Origin: Octopus bimaculoides
Taxonomy: Eukaryota
Reading direction: 5' to 3'
Length of the DNA stretch: 64,000 nucleotides
Assembly: GCF_001194135.2 (NCBI RefSeq)
Contig: NC_069001.1
Coordinates: 27,208,599-27,272,598 of the forward strand
This document shows positions 53,049-64,000 of this stretch, in pieces (position 1 is the stretch's first letter; each line of letters begins with the position of its first letter). Below the pieces are notes generated by a model. The model made no database searches, had not been told where the DNA came from, and saw only the letters and a program-made list of their open reading frames with translations. The position numbers were made by a program, and so were the translations under genes.

Positions 53049-56000
53049 TGACATATCTAATGACTGACAAGGGAGGCATGTTCCCTACAGCAAGCGAGGC
53101 AGAGCCGGTTCATCGACGATTTCGGATTTGATTAATCCTCATCAGTGACTCTCACTCAGTTGCCTAAGGTTAAAGCTAACTCACCTTGTCAGTTTATAGA
53201 GAATATCGTAGGGACCAACCTCTAATTCCTACGGTATTCTCTATATATTGATATGTACATATATCTATATAAATATACACCAACATGCACGCGCGCACAC
53301 GTACACACACATACACATATGCACACATGAATATATCAGGCTCGACGAAAAAGGGTGCCTGCTTCGACATTTATGTTCGTTCGTTACAACTGCATTTATC
53401 TTGTCAAGAATTTAACCAGCTGCTTTGTGTTAAGTGCCATTGAGAATTTATCAGTTCATATTTCTGGGATGTTCTACGTTAGAATTTCTCTCATTCATAT
53501 CATTTAAATTAAATATATATCTCATATGTAAGCACGTTATTCAGTATCTACATTATCTGAATCCACTTTGCTAATCACTCTCAAGATTTATTTGCATAAA
53601 AAAATTCATGCGTACACAACTTATAATTGTAACCAAGCAATTAATTACATTATCGAAAAGCACAATTATTTTACTATATAAGTTTTAAGAGATTGGCAAA
53701 CAGCTTGCATGTCAAATGTAGTCAGTCGAAAATACCACACATGGAACACAAGTAGGTTTCAGGGATCATCAGGAGAGAATACACATCGTTTCGGGTGTCT
53801 CCACCCGACGACTTTACAGATGCACTGTCTCCTCATATCACAAATGTGAAACCCCTACCAACTAAATCGACTGATTTATTCAACCTTAAGTCCATATCGG
53901 ATTATCACCAACATTCAAATTACGAAATCGTGCAAGTCTGATTTACTTTATAAGCAAACAGATGCATTACACCTATATATCACCGCTCGAGCCTGGTTTC
54001 ACCACTAGTTTTCAGCCATACCGAATGGCTGGCTCGCTCAGCTATTACCAAGATTTCTTTCAAGACAGCGTTTCCTTGACGATGATTAACACCAATTCAT
54101 AGCAACCACGTACAGAGTGATACAATTAATATCATATTGAATAATACAGAATTTCAATATCCTATTAGACTCCAAAATGTTATCATCAAATAATATCATA
54201 TTGGAATTGTATCACAGATATATACCCGAGCTGTAAAATCGCTCCTGTATGAAACAACCTTTAATGGCGACTACCTGAGTTGTGCCCGAATCACTTGTAA
54301 TAGTTGTAATACTTTGATACCAGTTTATGGTCATGACGATTGGGTTGATTAACAGAAAAATATATTTTCCATAAGCATTCTGTATCGCTATTGATTGACT
54401 ACACTTGATAATGAAGTTGGCAGTTAAATTCAATTGAATATATTTAAGGCTAACACAAAAAATTAGATGAGCTTAGGATAAAATCATCCAAGCAAAATTA
54501 TTCAAATATTAATTTTAAATTTTGGCAATTTCGGGAGAAGGGACAAATTGATTATATCGACACCAATGCTCAACCGGTAGCTATTTTACCAACTCTGAAA
54601 AATTAGTCAAATTTTAGTGTTATTTTGATAGAGGAATTTGTTTTGGTTCGATAAAACACAACAAATTGTAGGCTTCGTGTGCTTGCTGATGAAACAGAGC
54701 ATTCTCAGTTTTTCTCGCAAAAAAGAAATAAAAAGTGTCCCTGAGACATTAGACTGCCCAGTTCTCATGGAGAATCAAAATACTGAACACGGTGGTGCAC
54801 CAGCATGACCGCAGCCACTTGGCTGAAACACATAAATAAATAAAAAACTCTACAAACAATCTCAGAGGTTAATTTTTATGGGGTGAGACTGGCTCCGACA
54901 TAGTGAAAACACTATGTTGCTCCAAATAAAATAGTGAAGTTAGTGGGAAAACAGTTAATGCAGATATCGTAAAAAGCTAACTATAAAATATTATGGGCAA
55001 TGTTTTTACACCATTTTCTACCATTTGAATATAGAAAACAGATTTTAGAATATAGCATATAATATACTTATGCAATATATATATGTATGTATGTATATAT
55101 ATATATATATATATATGCGTATAAGTATATATATGCGTGTGTGTGTGTATATATATATATATTTGTGTGTGTGTGTGTATACATACACGCGCGCACACAC
55201 AGACTCACTCACTAACACTAACATACTCATATATTCTACATCTTCGATTTTCTCATAAAACACAAACTGCGGTTATAGAATCCTTTCAAAGTCAGTATTT
55301 ACTGGTGAATATATAACTAAGACTATCCATGATTGTTACTGGTGTGGCAGCGTGTCTGAGAGGTTCCTATATAGGGCCGAACCTACTACAAGACTACTTG
55401 GGAAAGTGCATTCTCTTATAGTTTATCTTTGACAGATAACGTACGAGGAAAATGATACTCACATACACAATTTCGGTGAAATATCGATAACTGATATAAA
55501 TATTCCCAAAAATGCAGGATCAATGATCTACGAGAAATATCCCTGGAGATATTTGTTCTGTATCCATTTACATATAATTTTTTTTTGTATCTCGCACAGC
55601 ATAAGATAAATGAATTGAATAGATAATCGTTACACATACATATATACTCACAAACTCACACCGACATGCACGCATACACGAATATGCATATAGACATGCC
55701 TATAGAACCACACACATATATTTATGCATGTATATATATATATATATATATCTTTCAGTAAATTGTTAAACAAATTGTTTCAGGGCTTACAACAGAAAAA
55801 TAGATTCCTTATACACTTCGTCAGACATCACAGCTTCCATTCTTATAACCGGAAACGGAACTAGCAGTGAATGTAATAAAAGTTAGATTACCACTAATTT
55901 ATAAACTATTCAATATTAATTTGCCTCTCCACTTTCTTTCCCACTCATTAGCCTTACTAATGGATCATCGGTAATCATGCTCATTTATTTTCCCCATCTT

Positions 56001-56231
56001 TGGTGATGATATCCCCCACTTCATAACAAATCGTATCGTATGAGCATCAGCAAGATGTCTGCTCGCTGAAACGTACACTCTTGGTATCGTCTCCATGTTG
56101 TCCTTGCTTAATATCCGTAAGTGTAAATGTGGGAGTGTGTGTGGGTGATTGTGTGCGTGTATCTATATTGTATATTTATATATAAATCATCCTTAAGTTT
56201 ATGTTTTCAATGTTGTTTTGTTTCTGTTTTG

Positions 56232-56281
<50 letters not shown>

Positions 56282-56792
56282 NNNNNNNNNNNNNNNNNNN
56301 NNNNNNNNNNNNNNNNNNNNNNNNNNNNNNNNNNNNNNNNNNNNNNNNNNNNNNNNNNNNNNNNNNNNNNNNNNNNNNNNNNNNNNNNNNNNNNNNNNNN
56401 NNNNNNNNNNNNNNNNNNNNNNNNNNNNNNNNNNNNNNNNNNNNNNNNNNNNNNNNNNNNNNNNNNNNNNNNNNNNNNNNNNNNNNNNNNNNNNNNNNNN
56501 NNNNNNNNNNNNNNNNNNNNNNNNNNNNNNNNNNNNNNNNNNNNNNNNNNNNNNNNNNNNNNNNNNNNNNNNNNNNNNNNNNNNNNNNNNNNNNNNNNNN
56601 NNNNNNNNNNNNNNNNNNNNNNNNNNNNNNNNNNNNNNNNNNNNNNNNNNNNNNNNNNNNNNNNNNNNNNNNNNNNNNNNNNNNNNNNNNNNNNNNNNNN
56701 NNNNNNNNNNNNNNNNNNNNNNNNNNNNNNNNNNNNNNNNNNNNNNNNNNNNNNNNNNNNNNNNNNNNNNNNNNNNNNNNNNNNNNNNNNNN

Positions 56793-56832
<40 letters not shown>

Positions 56833-57754
56833 TATATATTTAAATATATCTATATATATATATGTATATATATATATATGAATATATATTTACATATATG
56901 TATACTTGTATTAAATATATATATATATATATATATGTATGTATATATGCATGTGTATATATGTATATATGTATGTATATATATATATGTGTATATATGT
57001 ATATATATATATATGTATGTGTATATACGTATGTATGAGTATGTATGTATATCCTTTTTATTTGTGTATACATTATCATTATTGTTATTATTATTATTAT
57101 TGTCGCTATCACTATTATTTATACAAAGAGATCTGAAGTCATTGATGATACCCTTTTAAAACGAAAAAAAGAAAAGAAGATTATGTCTTTATATTTATTT
57201 GTTTCTTTTGTATTTTACTAATTTATCGTGTATTTAATTTTTCTTATTTTTTTATTTGAATTTTATTTTGTTCTACTTGGGTCCCCTTCTTGTATCTTCA
57301 TATAAACAATTCCATCACTTTATTCCATTCCTAGGCCTAAATTTATTCTTCATCATTGCTTAAATATACACAGTAATATATTTTTGTCCAATAGGAAAAT
57401 ATCTTTAAAAACACGAATCTTAATAACTAAGTCTCCCCAATGAATAACCACATTGATACGTATCAGTTATTATCCTATGTCATAGAAATGCAGTTCTTGA
57501 CGATTATTCTCACGAATCTACCTGTTGCATTGCAGTTTTCTGTTGATTTAATTCTTTCACCGAAAAGTCTTTGTTGTAGGCTTGCTTAATTTTCTTAAAA
57601 TGGATCAATAATATTGATATCAGAGTTGCTAATATTTAATAGTTGTTTAGTAAGTAGGAGAACAACGCCTATGATAATTGTCACAGCAGCGCTTTCGTTA
57701 CCGCTGGGAGCCATACGTAAAAACTCACAGCATCCATAGATTATAGTTGAGTAT

Positions 57755-57822
57755 CGTGGAACCCTCAGACAACTAACGTGGAACGTCAGACAACTAGAAA
57801 CGTGGAACCGTCAGGCAACTAA
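57755..57822. repeat. Three tandem ~22-bp units CGTGGAAC(C)(C/G)TCAG(A/G)CAACTA
   Basis: Units start at 57755, 57777 and 57801. Confidence 0.85.
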
Positions 57823-58493
57823 CCAGCGTACTCATGGCTTAAAAGAGCTCCACTGTAGAAAGGAGAATGCACCCAACAGCCTCTGAAATCCTGAATATCT
57901 ATTGGAAATATGTACTTGTATTTCAAGCGAAATTTTAATAAAACTGCGAAGTCTCCGAACTATCTTACGTCTAAATACATATTTTTATGTTATTTACATA
58001 AAAGACAGATGGAGAAACATTGTCACACAGTCACACACATAAGTATTGTGTGGAATTAGCAAGCAGAAATAATGCATACGTATGTTTATAACTCCTACTT
58101 TAAGTATGGAGATATAGTAGTTTCTATAACTATGCAAACAAAGAAATTACTATATATAAACTGTTTGGATAATAGAACATTCATAAATCTGATTAAGATA
58201 AAAGTGAATAAAACATTCAATACATCAAGTATATACGGGATAGAAGCACATTGTTCTTCATTTGATAATTTATTTTTAAATTCCACGCATTAAAACTACG
58301 ATATACTCAATTGTTAAGTAATGAAAGTTTCTATTTTCTCTGAAAATGCTTTCAAATGTCAGATTGATGGTAGTCCGTTACTATTCTTGTGGTTACGTCA
58401 TAATAAAATCTCCTAATGGAACTTTGTAGCGAGACCATATAATCCATTTGCCTGTCTTTTTATGCATATGTATATCTAAGTAGGTATGTATGA

Positions 58494-58541
<48 letters not shown>

Positions 58542-58935
58542 CAGGAGATGAATGCACTTACTAACAGTTTGAATTAGAGACGCGTTTATGAATTAGACAG
58601 ATGTAAATGTAGTCCTAATTTCTTACTCTGCCAGGGCGGCTCCAATTTGTGAATTCAGACCACTATTCGAATTAATGCTATAATCGCAACATATATTAAT
58701 CAAACAATAGTGCAGCTTCGAAGAAATATGAAAATCACTGTACTGTTAATTTCGAAGGTCACCCAGCCTTGATATTTCTGTTCGAACTAATATCAATTTG
58801 TCTCCACTTTGACCAGCATACCCGAGGAGCTATGCATTGCATACAGAAATTTAAGTACACACACGAAGGCACACATTCACACACAGAGACTGATCTTCGT
58901 GCACATATACATACATACATACATGGACACACGTG

Positions 58936-58981
<46 letters not shown>

Positions 58982-59027
58982 TATATCTTTATATATATGC
59001 ATATGTGTATATATGTGTATATATGTG

Positions 59028-59067
<40 letters not shown>

Positions 59068-59665
59068 NNNNNNNNNNNNNNNNNNNNNNNNNNNNNNNNN
59101 NNNNNNNNNNNNNNNNNNNNNNNNNNNNNNNNNNNNNNNNNNNNNNNNNNNNNNNNNNNNNNNNNNNNNNNNNNNNNNNNNNNNNNNNNNNNNNNNNNNN
59201 NNNNNNNNNNNNNNNNNNNNNNNNNNNNNNNNNNNNNNNNNNNNNNNNNNNNNNNNNNNNNNNNNNNNNNNNNNNNNNNNNNNNNNNNNNNNNNNNNNNN
59301 NNNNNNNNNNNNNNNNNNNNNNNNNNNNNNNNNNNNNNNNNNNNNNNNNNNNNNNNNNNNNNNNNNNNNNNNNNNNNNNNNNNNNNNNNNNNNNNNNNNN
59401 NNNNNNNNNNNNNNNNNNNNNNNNNNNNNNNNNNNNNNNNNNNNNNNNNNNNNNNNNNNNNNNNNNNNNNNNNNNNNNNNNNNNNNNNNNNNNNNNNNNN
59501 NNNNNNNNNNNNNNNNNNNNNNNNNNNNNNNNNNNNNNNNNNNNNNNNNNNNNNNNNNNNNNNNNNNNNNNNNNNNNNNNNNNNNNNNNNNNNNNNNNNN
59601 NNNNNNNNNNNNNNNNNNNNNNNNNNNNNNNNNNNNNNNNNNNNNNNNNNNNNNNNNNNNNNNNN

Positions 59666-59704
<39 letters not shown>

Positions 59705-60181
59705 ACCATCGCTCGATGACCGGTGTTAGTGTGTTTACAATCGCGTTACTTTGCAGTTCGGCTGAATGGACTGATAGAATAAGTCTCAGACTTTAAAAAT
59801 AAAAGTGGTCGATTCATCCAATTACAAATTCTTTTACGTGGTGCCCCAGCATGGCTGTAGCTTGATAATTGAAACAAGTAAAAAAGATATTACTGTAATG
59901 GAGATAATAATTCTTCTGAGACGAAATAATTATTCTCCGTTCCTTAATCAGATTCCTTTTCAATTCATAGCATACGAATTTACCTAAATTTAAGAAATTA
60001 ACAATATCACTATAGATCTTAATTTTGGTATTTTTAAGTTAGCAAGAGAAATTTTATTTCCCTCGGTACTTCAGAGAGGAATATTAATTGTTTTTGCTAC
60101 GAAACAGGTTTTTCTTAATCTAACATTCTATTTGATGGGTGTAAATTGTTAGTGTTATGGCTATAGTTCAATGGACGTGTA

Positions 60182-60560
60182 TTAGCACTCCGTCATTTAC
60201 GACGACGAGGGTTCCAGTTGATCCGATCAACGGAACAGCCTGCTCGTGAAATTGACGTGCAAGTGGCTGAGCGCTCCACAGACACGTGTACCCTTAACGT
60301 AGTTCTCGGGGATATTCAGCGTGACACAGTGTGACAAGGCTGACCCTTTGAATTACAGGCACAACAGAAACAGGAAGTAAGAGTGAGAGAAAGTTGTGGT
60401 GAAAGAGTACAGCAGGGTGCGCCACCATCCCCTGCCGGAGCCTCGTGGAGCTTTAGGTGTTTTCGCTCAATAAACACTCACAACGCCCGGTCTGGGAATC
60501 GAAACCGCGATCCTATGACTGCGAGTCCGCTGCCCTAACCACTGGGCCGTTGTGCCTCCA
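60182..60560 (-). mobile_element. Full-length SINE family D with an 11-bp TSD
   Basis: TCAATGGACGT at 60168-60178 and 60562-60572. Highly similar to 49050-49402. Confidence 0.92.
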
Positions 60561-61249
60561 CTCAATGGACGTTCGGCGCTAATAATCTACCATATGAGTT
60601 CTTGTACTTGCCAGCCAATCTTTGTTTTGAATACAAACAATCTTGGATTACATTATCAATATGCCATTCTTCGTTTGAGATACTAGGGATATTCAACTGT
60701 GGTTTCTTTCAGTGAAATGTCCCTAGAAGTTGAAAATTAATTAGATTTACTCTATGATTTTAATCAGACTATCATATTTTTAAACTAAAACACGCAAGAG
60801 ACTTTTCCACTTCCTATTTCTATCTCACTGTTTCTCTCCCTCTCTCTTCCCCCCTCTCTCTCTCTCCCCACTGGTAAAAATAATGAAAATACTGTTAAAA
60901 GGAAATAACCGGAAAATCGACGGTATTTAATTCTTCAATCTTTTAAATGACTATAGACAAACCTGTTTCACTTTCTCGAATTATGTTGTGCTGACGAGCC
61001 CAGAATAAGTACGAAATGATACTGTATAAAATTACTGGAATATCTAATAAATGGATTTCATGGAAAAATGGAAGCAGTTTATACTCTTAACACAATGGAA
61101 AAAATATTTCAAGATAAGAGAAAAGATACAGTATAAACCTAGAAGTGGTTCTCACCCTTTATGGAGAATATATTCACCCTCATTGTAATCTCATAGTTAT
61201 CGCTCTCTGCTTCTGTTTGTTTCTCTCTCTCTCTCTCTCTCTCTCTTCT

Positions 61250-61292
<43 letters not shown>

Positions 61293-63864
61293 ACTACTAT
61301 ATAAGCAACGGCTGCAGTTTCCAGTGAAAGAACTACGTGTACGTTTATTAAATTTTAGAAGAAATAGGTCAATAGAGACTTCTAAGTTTAGTTTTACTAT
61401 CTATTAACAGACTATTTAGTGTGGCTTTCAAGCTTTATATATAGCTCTTGGGCAATGTGGTTCATTTGTGAATCAAAGAAACCACCTGCACAAAATAATT
61501 TATGTAGTCTCCTCTTACCAATAATTTAATATTGCGGAGAAAGTGTTATACCTTAAACAAGAACTAAATATGTTATTCTTTGAAGAGCATATTTTGATNN
61601 NNNNNNNNNNNNNNNNNNNNNNNNNNNNNNNNNNNNNNNNNNNNNNNNNNNNNNNNNNNNNNNNNNNNNNNNNNNNNNNNNNNNNNNNNNNNNNNNNNNN
61701 NNNNNNNNNNNNNNNNNNNNNNNNNNNNNNNNNNNNNNNNNNNNNNNNNNNNNNNNNNNNNNNNNNNNNNNNNNNNNNNNNNNNNNNNNNNNNNNNNNNN
61801 NNNNNNNNNNNNNNNNNNNNNNNNNNNNNNNNNNNNNNNNNNNNNNNNNNNNNNNNNNNNNNNNNNNNNNNNNNNNNNNNNNNNNNNNNNNNNNNNNNNN
61901 NNNNNNNNNNNNNNNNNNNNNNNNNNNNNNNNNNNNNNNNNNNNNNNNNNNNNNNNNNNNNNNNNNNNNNNNNNNNNNNNNNNNNNNNNNNNNNNNNNNN
62001 NNNNNNNNNNNNNNNNNNNNNNNNNNNNNNNNTATTTTCGTTATTATTTTAGTAATTATAACACGTATTTACCTCTGGTAATGGACGCCATGTTTATCAC
62101 GTGACTTTTCAGTATTAATTTTCATAGCATTATTTACATAATATAGAATTTTCGTATGGGTATAGTTATTACTCTGCGTTAATTTGCAAGTTTAAGTATT
62201 TTAGTATTTTTAATCCTCAAGAAACTTTTTATTTTAGGTAGATTTTCTTTTCCGATATTTTCGTTATTATTTTAGTAATTATAATACGCATGTACTTCTG
62301 GGTAATAGACGCAATATTTATCACGTGACCTTTTAGTATAGCTATTTTGGTTTAATGTACAGTGACCAGCCGGCAGATAAGTCGTGTTTTCTTTTCTTAA
62401 TTTTATAAACAATATTGACATCCGTCTTTTAGTAACTTTGTACACTAACACATTTTTTTTTTATTATTATCTACTTATTCCATAATGTTTTAACCTTGTT
62501 TACTATAATACTTTTAAATTGTTAATCTTAATAATTATATTAATACCGTTAATGTAGGGATTAGTTTACAGATTTTGTCTCTTTATATATATTTTTATTT
62601 CTCATGTCTATGTTTATTCCTTGAATGATGTTAGGTATTTTCTTAGGGATTTGAGATGAAGAGTGACTGATTTTGGGAGTAAAATCATTTCCCCGTTCTA
62701 ATTAACTCGGATAGAATTTTACACCTCTGAAAGAGCAGTAGTGAATCACCTCCCATCTGCATTAGTTATATTGCATCACATTCCGAACCCTCCCTGCGTT
62801 AGATCTTGAGCCTATAGTGGACAGTGGAATGCGTGCTGTAGTGTTCTCCTGTGCAATATTGCGTATACAGTGTGTATTTGGTCTATACTTGTAAATGTAT
62901 GCGTAACGGGAAGAGCAAATCCGTATTTAGTTTAGTAAATGTCCGTACACATTTTTAGTTCACAGCTACGCTATCTCCAACTCTCCCTTCGTGCCTTTGT
63001 TTTTAATATACCTTAATTCCGCTGTATCCTGAACATTATATATATATAGATAGATACATACATACACACACACACACGTGGGACATCTTTCAGTTTCCGT
63101 CGAACGGGAGGTACGTCAAAAGACAGATGCCCAAGGTGCCAAGCAGTCGTGAAACTGCACTCAGAACCATTTGCTTGGGAATCAAACATCTTACCACATA
63201 CATAAGGTTGATGTGAAATAATTTCTTAAAATCCTGTAATGTTTTCCAGTTTTATTCGATAGTTGCTGGTCATTACAAATAAAACTTATTGATGAATGTG
63301 TCATGCTGTCTAAATATTTGCTTATATCGTAAGAATAATTTTTTTCCGGTGGCAAGTGCGCTAAAGCAAGACCTACTTAACGAATTATTACGGACATTTA
63401 GCTGTTCTAATTTACCAAGCGCTTTATGAAGGCCAGGCCCTAAGATATTACTATGAACAAGCCATAGTTATATTTTGTCATGTAACAGGAAGGTATTTCA
63501 TGAATGTAGTCTTAGATACATTATGGATGAAATAAAGATAACTAACTGTACTTAGAAAAATCTATATTCTTGATCCCCTTGTTTTAGAAAAATGTTAGAA
63601 TTTCTTGGAAAGAGAAAAATTACAAATGATAAAATGTTTATTATATTATTATTTTTTTAAATGGCATCGTCTTTAAAACGTACATGTTCGGTAATACTTT
63701 TTCCTTATACAGTGGGTCCCGGAATTAACTATCTACTTCAATGAAATTAGGTAAATTAAAATAAAAAAGGAAACACTTACAGAATTTTATGTGTATTATT
63801 TAATTACGGTATCAATAGGAAATAGATTTATAAATCTTAATCAAAACTTTGTCTAAAATTACGA

Positions 63865-63947
63865 ACCACATGTTTTCTACAATAGCCTCGGGCCAACAAA
63901 AGCCTTGTGAGTGGATTTAGTTGACGGAAACTGAAAGAAGCCGGTCG

Positions 63948-64000
<53 letters not shown>
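63865..64000 (+). mobile_element. SINE family B, partial, cut by the window end
   Basis: gaaccacatg..tagcctcgggccaacaaaagccttgtgagtggattt..gacggaaactgaaagaagc followed by (TA)(TG)n. Confidence 0.85.

Noticed and set aside
53090-53135. Acceptor ttccctacag| giving the tail QARQSRFIDDFGFD*
   Set aside because: The pyrimidine tract is short and there is no similarity to known tails. It cannot be told apart from chance.
54016-54102. Phase-0 candidate tail PYRMAGSLSYYQDFFQDSVSLTMINTNS*
   Set aside because: The acceptor is plausible but nothing else supports it. Retest only if RNA-seq covers 53690-54100.
57755-57822. CRISPR-like array
   Set aside because: The units are adjacent with no unique spacers, there are no cas genes, and the context is eukaryotic.
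553-62052. Dozens of long ORF-track entries rich in YI/IY, CV/VC, HT/TH, SL or X
   Set aside because: They are translations of (TA)n, (TG)n, (CA)n and (CT)n microsatellites and of N gaps, not genes.

Overview
AT-rich, microsatellite-dense eukaryotic scaffold with many N gaps. Its SINE families resemble those I recall from octopus genomes (inference, not verified). The only well-supported protein-coding gene is the 3' half of a + strand kainate-like ionotropic glutamate receptor. Three exons (39524-39741, 48561-48786, 50911-51176) have matching splice phases and encode the post-M2 linker, M3 (SYTANLAAF), the S2 ligand-binding lobe and M4. I could not find the M1/M2 exon or a certain terminal exon. 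The rest is intron-like DNA holding several tRNA-derived SINE families, decayed Tc1/mariner, Penelope and RTE fragments, a large MITE-like palindrome, a tRNA-Thr-like copy and a 5S rRNA fragment. Most ORF-track entries are microsatellite or N-gap artefacts. The most interesting leads, all hypotheses: (i) a candidate C-terminal exon whose internal UAG is followed by 61 open codons ending EIVQV, a possible editing- or splicing-controlled tail switch; (ii) Arg at the GluK2-M770-equivalent cation site, in an ADAR-favoured context; (iii) inverted repeats around the M3 exon that could form dsRNA.
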